Source of the DNA: Octopus sinensis
Taxonomy: Eukaryota
Direction of reading: 5' to 3'
Length of the DNA: 64,000 nt
Assembly (NCBI RefSeq): GCF_006345805.1
Contig: NC_043019.1
Span: 25,295,360-25,359,359 of the forward strand
Part shown: one piece after another, positions 37,668 to 50,296 of the stretch
Position numbering within the stretch: the stretch's first letter is position 1
Layout of the letters: every line of letters begins with the position of its first letter
Notes under the pieces: generated by a model
Database searches by the model: none
Seen by the model: only the letters and a program-made list of their open reading frames with translations
What the model was told of the DNA's origin: nothing
Made by a program: the position numbers and the translations under genes

Positions 37668-38076
37668 GGCACAGGAGTGGCTATGTGGTGAGTGGTTTGC
37701 TTACCAACCACATGGTTCTGTGTTCAGTCCCACTGCGTGGCACCTTGGGCAAATGTCTTCTACTATAGTCTCGGGCTGACCAGGGCCTTCTGAGTGGATT
37801 TGGTAGATGGAAACTGAAAGAAGCCCGTCGTATATATGTATATATATATATATATATGTGTGTGTTTGTGTGTCTGTGTTTGTCCGCTTAACATCGCTTG
37901 ACAACCGATGCTGGTGTGTTTACGTCCCCGTAACGTAGCGGTTCGGCAAAAGAGACCAATAGCTTACAAAGACTAGGCTTACAAAGAATAACTCCTGGGG
38001 TCAATTTGCTTGACTAAAGGCGGTGCTCCAGCATGGTCACAGTCAAAAGACTGAAACAAATAAAAGAGTAAAAGAG
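37668..38076 (+). mobile_element. SINE family A, head-to-head with a decayed partial minus copy at ~37460-37608
   Basis: Full-length similarity to the 53705 copy. Confidence 0.85.
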
Positions 38077-38629
38077 AATACTGATCTTCTAAATCCCTTA
38101 TGGGTTGTCGAGTTAGACCCCTGGTCAGTCTCGATCAGAACTTTGACTAAATGACTTCCTGCAGTGACACGTTGCCCCGTTTTTAAATCATATATCAACT
38201 TCTACATTATCTAACGGATGTTTCCAGTTTTTCAAGACAGTAAAAGATCTGAGGGTGATTAGGCTACTGTTTCTAGCAAGTAGAGATCAGATCTATGGTT
38301 TTCTAATTATCTGTCATCCTTAAGCATTCTTTCTCTGGCACATTGGATTATTTTGTATAGTCCACTAATTGTTACTCTTCTAGCCTTCCATAAAAGCAGA
38401 AAGCAAAGTGCAATTTCGGAACTGGGTTTAGTTAATAGAAATCTTTATTTTATCAATTAAAGTATTTCATAGAATAAAGAGCAGAAGATTGCCATTTGGT
38501 GATGATGTGGTAACGAATGAATGAATGGAGGCGAATTGGAAGATGAGGATGATGATGATGATGATTGTGGTGGTGGCGACGAAGGGTTACTGTTTCACTC
38601 TTTCCCAGCTGTTTCTTTACAACTGGGTT

Positions 38630-38660
38630 GTCCTTTCTCTCTTTTGCTTCTTTCATCTCC

Positions 38661-38695
<35 letters not shown>

Positions 38696-39200
38696 CTTCA
38701 TCCAATACTCCTCTAACTCTCTTTTTTCATCTCATCACACAATTTCCCCTCCCCCTCTCTCTCAGAATCTCTTTTTTTCCTCTCGATCTCTTCCTTCTCC
38801 CACCTCGTTTCCCCTCTCTCTCTCTCTCGTCACCTTCCCCCATCTTTCTCTCGGCACCTCTCCTTCTCTCTCGCTCTCGTCACCTCCCTCTCTCCTTCTC
38901 TCTAAAATCTCCGTTCTCCTACCACCACCTCTTTCTTCTTTTCTTCTTCCCCATCATTTCCTTTCTCTCATCACCTCTCACTATCTTCCTTGTCCCCCCT
39001 CCCCACCCCACCCACCCCACCCAACACTCATTACTCCAAACTTTCTAAACATCTCTCTCCACCCTTTCTATCAATTTCCCCCTCCTCTTCTCTCCCTCCA
39101 TCTCTCTACCCTTATCGCAATCTTTCTCCCTCACCATCACCACCACCACCATCACCCTATTATATATATTTACACTTTTTTCTCCCCTCCCTCACACCCC
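38630..39200. repeat. Long CT-rich polypyrimidine tract
   Basis: Direct reading; similar tracts at 23330-23445, 29905-30135, 52010-52110 and 62090-62215. Confidence 0.85.
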
Positions 39201-39565
39201 CAACCATATTTCACATGTGACTTAGTGCCAATATGTTTACACACCAACACACACGTTATTATTATTCAATGCGCCAAGCACATCCTCAGATTCAGTGTTC
39301 CTTTTATTTAAAACTTTATTAACCAATATTAACTTCAGCACCACTGACGCGACCACCACATCGTCTCCTTGTCCCTTTGGTCTCTCCAGCTCCCGCCCCC
39401 CCCCCTCTCTCTCTCTCAGTTATTTTATATTCCAGACAAAAACTCTACGAACGGTCAGCACATGACTTTCGTTCAAGTTTTCTTCAGCTACACCACCACC
39501 ACTACCACCATCACCACTTTCAGTAATTTAAGTGACCAACAAATTATAAATAAGAACTGACCCCA

Positions 39566-39620
<55 letters not shown>

Positions 39621-40104
39621 TACATACATACATACACGCACATATACTCACGCCTATATTAACAAAAATAAACACACTAGAAACGTTAGCACGAGGTATA
39701 TATAAAACAGAATCTCCTTCACACATACACGTATATATACACAAGTTCTTTCTCTCTCTCACACACACACACACGTTCATATATATACACACATCTTTCT
39801 CCCTTAGTATCTACGCTGACGTTTGTTCTGTCAATTTAAGACGAACATCAACAACAACTTGACAAATATTTGCGGGTGTCTCAATGGGGTTATTTTGTTT
39901 GTGAGTGTGTGTGTGTATGTGTATTTTGTTGTGTGCAGGTACGTGTGTATGTGTGTGTGTGTGAGTGAATACGTGACAGTGTGTGCAGGTGTGATAGTGG
40001 TAGCAATGTGTGTGTGACTACGTGTATGTTACTGTGTGCGCGCGCGTGTGTGTGTGTGTGTGTAAGTGCGTGTGACTGTGTATCTATGTATGCGAGTGTG
40101 TGCG

Positions 40105-40181
40105 ATGCTGCTTCTTGACAGACCAGCTCCAAGACTTCCAGAAAAGAAGGCCTTACCGAACCACTCCATCGACAAACTGCT
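40105..40181 (+). CDS. Candidate alternative coding first exon of neurabin (MLLLDRPAPRLPEKKALPNHSIDKL)
   Basis: ATG, 25 open codons, then CT|gtaagt consensus donor in phase 2, compatible with exon 61100. Lies in a CpG-enriched region flanked by CT/CA tracts. Confidence 0.55.
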
Positions 40182-40462
40182 GTAAGTACTTTTATAATGA
40201 CAATAATAATGATTGCTGCTATTTACAATTCAAATCTTTAATACACACACACACACGTGCATATATGTATAATAAACATTTTGTGGGCGAACATCTTTTT
40301 TACAATGTGCTTTGACGAATCATCCACTGTATTTAGTTCCCAAACTCGATCACTCCCAAGTCTCAGGTGTATATAATATCTATGTGTATATATACATCTA
40401 TAAATGTAAGCATGCACTGTATTTTTCCTTTGTCGTATATACATGCCGATTTTGTACTTTAT

Positions 40463-40510
<48 letters not shown>

Positions 40511-40827
40511 CACACACTTATTCCTTTTCTTTGTGAGCGGACGTGTGTTTGTGTGCCTTAAATTGAAGATATACACGGAAGTTTTCTATAATGTGTCTAT
40601 ATAAATATTATATATATATATATATATCATTGCTGTGTGTATTTGTATAACTATGATTCTATGCAAGTGTTTTCCCAATTTTTTTTTTGTGTGCGCTTTA
40701 GAGTTTCCCCTTCCATTTCAGAGGGTTATTCTAATTAATTAACTAATTAATTTTTTTTCCATGCGACATTCGGCCCATCACTCGTTGTCTATTTAGACAG
40801 CTGTGTATGAGGGTGTATATAATATGT

Positions 40828-40880
<53 letters not shown>

Positions 40881-41718
40881 CATACATAAACACTCACATT
40901 GTTTCATCCGTTGTAGTCCCACAACAGCTCCCACCAACCTACTTCCTTTAATAATTCTAAGATTTCTCGTAGTCTACCTTCTTTTTCTTCTTCTAATTTC
41001 TCTCTCTCTCCTCCTCTCTCTCCTCCTGTCTCTCCTTCCTCCCCTCCTCGTCTGTTTTCATGTTTCTTCTCCCCCCTCCTCCTCGTCCACACCATTTCTT
41101 CTTCTTCTTCTAAGTAGGGAAACTTCTTCAAAATTGTCGCCGGTCTTTTCAAGTACTTCCTTTGATTGCTTCCTCTCAACTCCTTGTGTATATATTTGTG
41201 TGTATATATATGCATACATACACACACACATACACACACACACGTCCTGTGTCGGAACCATTGTGATGCTATAACAGTCACCGTATCACAAAGATAGGTG
41301 TTTATACATACTCACGCGCACGCTCCGTGTGAGTTTATTTCTCAGGTATATATATATATATATTCAAAAGAGATGAACGCATACATCTTCTATAGTATTG
41401 TCTTGTGTTCCGTTATATTTCCATCCACATCAAAGATGTATTATCAGAATTGTCGTAATACTTGACTCCTACTTTACTCTATGAAGCCCGGAGAGAATGG
41501 AAACAGTGTATGTGAACTAATTAGCTTAATCACTTGGCCCTTTCGCTGCAGTTCATGACCTCATCGACGACACGCGACTTCATCGACTCGGTTGTCGAGA
41601 AGACAAAGGCGCTTCATCAATAAGTTTGTAAACTGCGGCGAAAAGACACTGGTGAAGTGATTGATCAATCAAATAATTGATTAGTTAAATTAAGGAGGTA
41701 ATAATAATAATAATAATC

Positions 41719-41938
41719 CTTTCTACTATAGGTACAAGACCTGAAATTCAGGGGAGCGGGGTAGTCGATTACATCGACCCTAGTGCTCAAATGGTACTTA
41801 ACACTTATTTCGTCGGCCCCGAAAGGATGAAAGGCAAAGTCGACCTTGGCAGAATTTGAACTCAGAACGTAGCGACGGATGAAATACCGCTAAACATTTT
41901 GCCCGGCGTGCTAGCGATTCTGCCAGCTCGCCGCCTTA
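41719..41938 (-). mobile_element. SINE family B variant with (ATT)n tail
   Basis: Same head and core (gcctttcatcctttcggggcc) with a different 3' end. Decayed relatives at ~7570-7700, 44640-44830, 45355-45480, 47395-47525, 48095-48305 and 43840-43975. Confidence 0.8.
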
Positions 41939-42483
41939 ATAATAATAATAATAATAATAATAAATATAATGATTTCAAATTTTTTGCACAAGGCCAGCAA
42001 TTTCGAGAGAGAGGTAAATCGATTACGTTGCCCCCCCCCGTGCTGAAATGGTACTTATTTTATCGATTCTGAAAGGAGGAAGGGCAAAGTGCAAGCGTGG
42101 TTACGTGCCTATGAAGCTTGGGTTCAGTCCCACTGTGTGACACTTTAGGAAAGTGTCTTCTACTATAGCCTTGGGCAAGCCTAAGCCTTATTAGAAGATC
42201 TGGTAGATGGAAACTGAAAGAAGCCTGTTGTGTAAATATGTGTGTGCGAGAGGGATAGAAAGAGAGAGGATATGTATAATTTATGCAGGTTTGGTTTTTG
42301 ACACAATACACACACACACACACACCTGGCACCAAATAATAAAACTGTAGACTTAAAGATAAAATAATCTAAAGTGGAAAACTTGGCACAATATTGTTTA
42401 GGGGGAAGTGAAGATTTGGTGATAACACATGCTAACTTGCAGCTATTCACACACACACGCATGGCAAGCTTCTTTCAGTTTCC

Positions 42484-42713
42484 TATTTCTTTACTACCCA
42501 CAAGGGGCTAAACACAGAGAGGACAAACAAGGACAGACAAACGGATTAAGTCGATTATATCGACCCCAGTGCGTAACTGGTACTTAATTTATCGACCCCG
42601 AAAGGATGAAAGGCAAAGTTGACCTCGGCAGAATTTGAACCCAGAACGTAATGGCAGATGAAATACGGCTACGCATTTTGCCCGGCGTGCTAACGTTTCT
42701 GCCAGCTCGCCGC
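42484..42713 (-). mobile_element. SINE family B inserted into a family A copy
   Basis: Reverse complement of the 31377 copy; TSD ctttc(a/c)gtttcc at 42472-42483 and 42714-42725. Confidence 0.85.
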
Positions 42714-43473
42714 CTTTCCGTTTCCATCTACCAAATCCATTCACAAGGCTTTGGTCAGTCTGAGGCTAAAGCAGAAGACACTTGCCCAAGATGCCACTTA
42801 GTGGGACTGAACCCAGAACCATGTGGTTGGGAAGAATGCATACACACAGAGCTACATATTGTCTTGTTTATTTGAAATTCATTGTAAAATTTTGGCCCCT
42901 TCTGAATCTTATGAAAATAAAATGATGAGTGACTGAATATATTTAAAATAAATTCTTTCTCATCATTTCGAAACACCTGGAACCTGTCAGCTTCATAACT
43001 CTGCCCTCCCCACTTCATAGGTTAGTTAAACTGTTGCTTTGAAATTAAGTTTAAATCAAGCATAGCTTCCTCTCGCCCTCCTTAACCCTGTCTCCTTGTG
43101 CATATTCCTCTCCAATCCTCACCTCAAACATTTCTCAAGATTCTTCCTACACAGAACTGAAATCGTTTTTAATCTGCCACCCAGGTAACACGACGACAAC
43201 GACCACCACCACCCCACATACGTTTAAACAACCATCAAAGACATTGATCTCAACTGTCTGGGAAGGCTTGCAACATTCGTGGAGGCCTTCCCCACCTCTG
43301 CTAAATATCTTTTATCAAAGAAATAACGCATAATTTTAAGAAGAATGTGCCGTTAAATTGGCACCGTTTTTTGTTTCTAATAATTAATTATTTTTCCTGC
43401 ATAATAATTGTTTAAACATTTTTAGTCCTCAGACATACTCCACCCTGGCGGTTGCTTGTTTATTAGTTTAATA

Positions 43474-43835
43474 AGTGTGGCTGTGTGGTGGAGAAGCTTG
43501 CTCTGCAACTGTGCGCTTGTGGGTTCAGTCCCATCGCATGGCACCTTGGACAAATGTCTGCTATTACAGCCCTGGACTGACCAAACACTTGTTAGTGGAT
43601 TTGGGAGACAGAAACTATGTAAGCCTATGATGTGTGTGTGTGTGTCTTGACAACTGGTGTTGGTTTATTTACATCCCCCATAACCTAGCAGTTAAGCAAA
43701 GAAAGAGACTGATAGAGTAAGTACCAGACTGCAAAAATAAGGACTGGGGTGGGGTTTTACTCAACTAAGCCCTTCAAGGTAATGCTCCAGCATGGCCTCA
43801 GTCCAATGACTGAAACATGTGTAAGATAAAAGTAA
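43474..43835 (+). mobile_element. SINE family A, diverged
   Basis: Same motifs. Further copies or fragments at ~23830-24065(-), 25127-25400(-), 42095-42235(+), 49107-49268(-), 50672-51030(+), 55990-56365(-), 59195-59350(-). Confidence 0.7.
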
Positions 43836-44131
43836 ATGATAAGAAGGTGGTGAACTGGCAGAGTTGGTAAAGCATTATTTGGTTTGACGCTCAACACTGA
43901 GTTCAAATCCTGCTATCGTCAACATTGCCTTTTATTCTTTCAGGGGTCAATAAAAAGAAGGTAGCAGCTGAGGATGGTAGAATGGTAGAACTCTGAGAGG
44001 TTTGGGCAAGATGTCTTGTGCAATCTGTTCTGGTTGTTTTACATTCTGATCATAATGTCTGTGATGATACTGGTGCCATGCTGTAGCAATTCCAAGTTGG
44101 CAAACTTATCCTTTGTATGAACATCAATGGC

Positions 44132-44562
44132 TTAACCCTCTCGCATTCAAACTGGCCATATCCGGCCCAAGCATTCAACATGTTTTATGTTGAACTTAGC
44201 CAGATCCGAACCTCTCACACCTACCCTACAAAGTTATTCTAAACATGATCACATCGTCAAAATCTCGAAATTACAAAGTAAAACATGATTAACTCAAATT
44301 GATGCGAATAAATAAGCATTACATTTGACAGAATAATCTGAATGCTAAGGGGTTCAATTGGCCAGATCCAGCCATAATATTTTACTTGCTTCATGTTCAG
44401 ATGGGCCAGATCCAACCTTTCACAGCTACCCTACAATGTCATTCGAAAAGTAAACAATCACATCATTGGAATCTTGAAGCTGCAAGATAATACATGATTG
44501 ATCTTAAAAGAATGTGAATAAGCATTACATTTGACAGAATAATTTGCATGTTCAAGGGTTAA
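44132..44562 (+). mobile_element. Two tandem copies of piggyBac-type MITE family 2
   Basis: ttaaccctctcgcatt...aatgctaaggggttcaa, followed directly by a second copy ending caagggttaa. Confidence 0.7.
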
Positions 44563-44836
44563 AGAGTGGTGCCTATTTAGTAAAGATAGATACGTTTATG
44601 GACATGATTCGATTTGAAAACAACAACAATCCTAATCTTCGCTAAAGGCCTGTAATTTTGAAGGGAAGGGTAAATGTCTATCACATCAACCACACTGCTT
44701 AATTTGTACTTATTTTATTGATCCCTAAAAGGATGGGAAGCAAAGTTGACCCCAGTGGTGTTTGAACTCAAAGAACTGCAAGAAATGTCACAGAGCATTT
44801 TGTCCATCAAGCCATTCATTCTGTCAGCTTGCTGTT

Positions 44837-44871
<35 letters not shown>

Positions 44872-44879
44872 TGTCTTGG

Positions 44880-45340
44880 TATAAAAGATGGGTTAACAGC
44901 AAATATTCTGCTCAATACCACAGATTTGCTTGTCAGTTGTTTGACCTTAACCAGTTGAGCATGTCCCTTAGTGGCTGATGATATGTGCATCTCTGCTCAC
45001 GAGCAGAAGTAGTGGGGGAGTATCATAGCCATGTGTTGAGAGGCATTCTTTGGGGTTTGAATAATTCACCTCTGGAAACATGGGTGTTTCGTTCAACATC
45101 CTTAAACAACCCTTACTCAGGGACCTTTTGAGCAGGATGGGTTACTCGACCAGAAGAAAATTCTAACTGGGTCCCACGTACAAGGTCATGTGCTGTTTAT
45201 CATGTTGCGCACATATGGTTGTCATGCATGTGCCTGGTTTACCCTTATCAGATGGGTAGTCATGATGGATATACTGGGCTTCGTATATTTTACCCCAGTG
45301 TCACTTTGATGGCATGCACTCTCACTCAATAATAATGATA
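44880..45340 (+). repeat. Probable interspersed repeat bounded by (AAT)n tracts
   Basis: GC-balanced 460-bp block between two (AAT)n runs, ending ctctcactcaataataat. Single copy in this window, so the family is not confirmed. Confidence 0.4.
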
Positions 45341-45900
45341 ATAATAATAATAATAACTCTTTCTACTGTAGGCACAAGGCCTGAAGTTTTGGTCGAGGGG
45401 ACCATGTGCAACTGGTGCTTAATTTATTGACCCCGAAAGGAAGAAAAGCAAAGTTGACCTTGGCAGAATCTGAAAGAATGATATTAATAATGGTTTCTAA
45501 TTTTGGCACAAAACCAGCGAGTTTGAGCAGATGAGAAGTTGGTACCATTAACTCTGGTAGATGACATAAATGGTGTAGGTGACTTTTAAGTGTGCTCTGT
45601 CAGTCCTGTGCATCTTGTTAGTGTTTCATAGGTGAAAACATCAATAGATTATGTAAAGCCTTTTCAAGGCATTTGTCAGTGTGTGGACCAAAGCTCTACA
45701 TTTCAGTAATTGCATGAAGGCTGCTTTTGTTCTTTGTTTGTCCAACTCTTAAAACCACTTAACATGTTTGTCCATAAAACTCACCCATATTGTTCTTGTT
45801 AAAACAGTTGGTACACTGAATAAGGAAGGCTTTTCTTTTTTAGCACCACTCTGTTATAATAATGATAGTAATAATTTATTATTATTATTATTATCATCAT

Positions 45901-46110
45901 CAAGGTGGTGAACTGGCAGAATCATTAGCATGCTTTTGTAAAATGCTTAGCAGCACTTCATCTAGCCATGCATTCTGAGTTCAAATTTCACCGAGGTTGA
46001 CTTTGCTGTTCATCCTTTTGGGGTTGATAATGTACCAGTGAAACATTGGGGTCAATGTAATCGACTAATCCCCTCACCCCAAATTTCAGGCCTTGTGCCT
46101 ATAGTAGAGA
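45901..46110 (+). mobile_element. SINE family B variant preceding a large (ATT)n array
   Basis: aaggtggtgaactggcagaa...ctgagttcaaatttc...gcctatagtagagagg, then attattatt. Confidence 0.75.
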
Positions 46111-46112
46111 GG

Positions 46113-46144
<32 letters not shown>

Positions 46145-46191
46145 CGTTATTATTATTATTGTTATTATTATTATCGTTATTATTATTATTA

Positions 46192-46228
<37 letters not shown>

Positions 46229-46337
46229 CATCATCATTATTATTATTATCATTGTTATCATTATTATTATTATTATTGTTATTATTATTATTATTGTTAT
46301 CATTATTGTTATCATTATTATTATTGTTATTATTATT

Positions 46338-46370
<33 letters not shown>
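46111..46370. repeat. Imperfect (ATT)n array
   Basis: Direct reading; explains the poly-Ile and poly-Leu ORFs. Confidence 0.95.
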
Positions 46371-49042
46371 TGCTGGATAAGTAAAAGACTTTCAGCTAGA
46401 AATTGAAACCAGTTCATAGAGTTGATTCTCAGAGTTCTTGCTAGTAATAATCATAATGATGATGATGATGTTTCTTGTTTTTCTTTTGTTTTGATTTTCC
46501 CAAGAATGTCCTAGAATGCGCTGTGAGTCAGGGAAGTAGGAAGTTTCCCTCTCCCAAGGGCATTAAGCATATATTATGTGAACCATTCCATCTGAAAAAT
46601 TAGAACAGGGTCACAAGAATTCCATTTATCAAGAATTTACTGCCCCCTCCCCCCTCTCCACCCCCAATTCCATCACCTTTGTTCAGTAACAAGATTTGTT
46701 GTTGTTGTTGTTTATTTATTTATTTTTAAAAAACTTTGTGAGAATTGGAACAAATTGTTGTTTAGCCCCGGGTCAGTCCTGATAGAACAGACCTTCGATC
46801 AAAGACATTCCAGGCATGACCATCTTCGTCAATTCCCACCCTTATTAATGATAATAGAAACGACAAGCTGTTTTGTATAAACACGACCATCATCTACTTT
46901 GTTGTTTAGCCCTGGGTCAGTCCTGATTGAGCAAATCTATGCTCTGTTTTCTTTTTTAATGAAGCATGTATTTCGGACTACAATAACCATTGTGTCCTTT
47001 ATTATTTGTGAGAATATGGTCTGATTTTGAAGCAGATTTAGCTGTTATTTCTAACAGGTTGCCTTACTGTATTGTGGTTCCCTTGTTAGCTCCTGTCTGT
47101 TTGGCTGAGTCTACCTGAGTCATACTAAAATTTGGTCAAATAGCAAGAATTTGATACTGTTAGGAGACTTTATTCTGGCAACATCTATTGGAGTGGCCTC
47201 CCTTTGTTTTCTTCTTGCACTTTGATGAAGCACCCATTAATTATGCAGTGCTACCACTACATACACCAGTAGAAATTCTTTGATTATTGGTTTGCTTGAT
47301 CAGTATTGATCTAGGGTTAAGCAATAACAATCTGTTACTAATTAATTAACGAAATTAACTGATAAGGCTGTCACATGACTTTAGACATTATTGATTTCTG
47401 ACATAGTCACAATTTTGGGGGTGGAGTGGGGTGTGTAATTGATCGTATTGATTCCAGTATTTGATTGGTTCATCAGCCCAAGGTGGATGAAAAATCAACC
47501 TCAGCAGGATTTGAACTCGGGATATAAAGCACCCTACTGATTTTACTAATCTACTGCTGTCTTTGTTATACTTCCTCAAATTGATGTTCTCTCCTAATCA
47601 CTCATCAAGAGATTATCCACATTAACAGGATTTGTCCGCAAGGGCCTAAGTTTAATTAGTTTGAACAATTAGTTATCTCTTTTAGTGTGTGTTATTTGGG
47701 GACATATCTGACCCTTATTCTCTGCTTCTTGACAGTGACAATATTCCAGTTCCCTAAATCATCGAATACCAGAAGTGAAATGGTGTCTTTTCATTTTGCT
47801 GCTTTTATTTTACCCACAAGGCAGACTCAGTTGTATCTTGGGAAGGTCATTATACCAATTATAAACACACACACACACTGGTTCTATTTCACTTCTTTAT
47901 TTTCATTAGTCATTTTAACATTTAAGCAATTAACTAAACCTTAAGCAGATCTAGAGTAGAGAGGGCATGACATTGATAAGGTTGTAAGCGGTGATAAAAT
48001 ATCTTTGTTAAACATAGCTGATTAATTGATTGACCAAATAATTAAACAAACAATCAATGAATTCAATGTTAATGAATTGACTAGTAATAATAGTTGTTCT
48101 TTCTACTATAGACATGAAATTTGAGGGAAGGGGGCTAGATGATTACACTGACCCATCAGTACTCAGTTGATAATTTGGTTATGGACCCTGGAAGAATGAA
48201 AGTCGACCTCAGCAGAATTTGAACTTAAAATGTAAAGCTAGAAGAAATGCCACTAAGTATTTTGTGCTGTGTACTAATGATTCTGCCATGTTGCCACCTT
48301 AAAATTCACCAATAATGATGAAGTGAAATAGAATCTGTGTGTGTGTATATCTTTATTATTAGCAAAATGACCCTCCCAAGATAGAGCAAAAGCTGATTCA
48401 ACTCTTGAGTTCACATCAAGAATCATGTAAACCAAATACAAAAGATTAATATAGGATGTAGCTAAACTAGAGTTTAAACTCCTGACTGTCTAGTATGTTG
48501 GTTCAGTACCTTAACCATCCAGCCATGCCTCTTCCCCATTAACCAATTGAAATGATCTAATTAAGTATTTTTTACCGAATACGAATTTTGTCAAAGTGGA
48601 TTGCACTCCAAGTTAATTAATTCTAGGAATGGGAGTAACAGCTGCAACAACAATAATTAATGCACATTCATAATTAAATTACTGTAAGTTAATTACATTA
48701 ATGAATGTATCATCGTCATTATTATTTAACATCCATTTTCCATGCTGGCATGGGTTGGACATTTCGACTGGAACTGGCAAAACAAGAGAGCTGCAAACGT
48801 CTGTTTTGCTATGAATTCTACGGTTGGCTGCTCTTTCTAATGCCAACCACTTTACAGAGTGGACTGGGAGCCTTTTATGTGGTGCTAACAAGGAACACAT
48901 ATTAATATATATATATATATAATTATTATTTGAGGGAATAAAATCCAAAGTTACAAGGAAAAAAATTCAATTTAGAAATACTAAATCAAATTTCACACAA
49001 TATAATATATATATATATAAAAAAAAATAATAATGTTAAATA

Positions 49043-49106
<64 letters not shown>

Positions 49107-50068
49107 GACCAGCTTCTTTCAGTTTCCGTCTACCAAATACACTCACAAGGCTTTGGTCAGCCCGAGGATATAGTAGAAGACACTTGCCCAAGGTGCTGTG
49201 CAGTGGGACTGAACCTGGTACCATGTGGCTGGTAAGCAAGCTACTTACCACACAGCCACTCCTATGCCTGTGGTCTTTTATTTGTAACATTTTCAGTAAA
49301 TTAGAATCTTCATATTGTTTTGTTTTATCTTACCTTTACCCAAAGTTCACCATTACAGAATTAATCATAGGGGTCATGGTAATATCCTGGAGAGTCTCAG
49401 TGGGTAGGGTGATGAAAAAGGTTGAGAACCATTGTCCTAGATACATCTGTTTAGTGAAATATACAAGATGCCCACTAGTGGCCCCTCTTTGATTAAAAGC
49501 TACCAGCTGTAGCCATCTTGTCTTTTTTTAATAATTGTATCTCGATCTGTGTTATTCCATCTCCATTTTATATTAACATTTTAAGGATGATGATAATAGA
49601 ATTTAGGTGTCCCTGAATGAAAGATGTTTTGCAAACAACTTGCACATGCAAGTGCTACCAGTCAAAAACTCTGCACACCGGAAGCCAGCAAGTGTATGGG
49701 GTCATCAGGAGAGAATGCGTGCCGTTTCGGGGCCTACCTCTCGACGGCATCAATGTGCACCGCCCCCCCCCCTCACTGTTATGAGGCCCCGCTTGCTAGA
49801 TCAGCTGGTTATCAAATAAAGCTCAATATCCTTCTAGCCATCGCTCATTTTGGGATGTTTTGTACTTTTTGCTGGCCTCTGCTATTCTGTTGGACATTAA
49901 ACCAGGTTGTGCGTTATATTCTGGATGAAGACCATTTCACTGAATTGGTTGATGTCAGTAGCAGTCATATGACAATTGAGGACCTACCATAATTAACAGG
50001 CACAGCAGGGAAGAGAGTGCCAGAGATTTCTGGTGCTGCCTTGTGAAATTCATCTTAGTTGTGGCTTC

Positions 50069-50296
50069 TTAACCCTTTAGTATTCAGATTTTTCTGTCAA
50101 AAATAATACTTATTGATTCATATTGTTTTCAATTAAACAAGCATTATTTTGCCGTTTCAAAATTTTGATGATGTGATTGTTTATTTTTAGAATGATGTTA
50201 TTGGATAGGTGTGAGAGACCAGATCTGGTCAGTTTGGATATAAAATATCTAGAATTATTTGGCCAGTTATGGCCGGTTTAAATGCTAAAGGGTTAA
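50069..50296 (-). mobile_element. piggyBac-type MITE family 2 (TTAACCCTTTAG..CTAAAGGGTTAA)
   Basis: TTAA-flanked TIRs. Related copies at ~7063-7276, ~21030-21594, 44132-44562 and ~57050-57215. Confidence 0.8.

Noticed and set aside
38521-39311. 175- and 248-aa Ser/Leu/Pro-rich ORFs
   Set aside because: Read through CT low-complexity tracts; no splice signals or domains.
46038-46417. Poly-Ile and poly-Leu ORFs resembling membrane peptides
   Set aside because: (ATT)n SINE tail.
49695-49740. GAAAC and CTGATGA close together on the minus strand
   Set aside because: Stems I-III cannot be formed (cccc opposite cccc); not a hammerhead.
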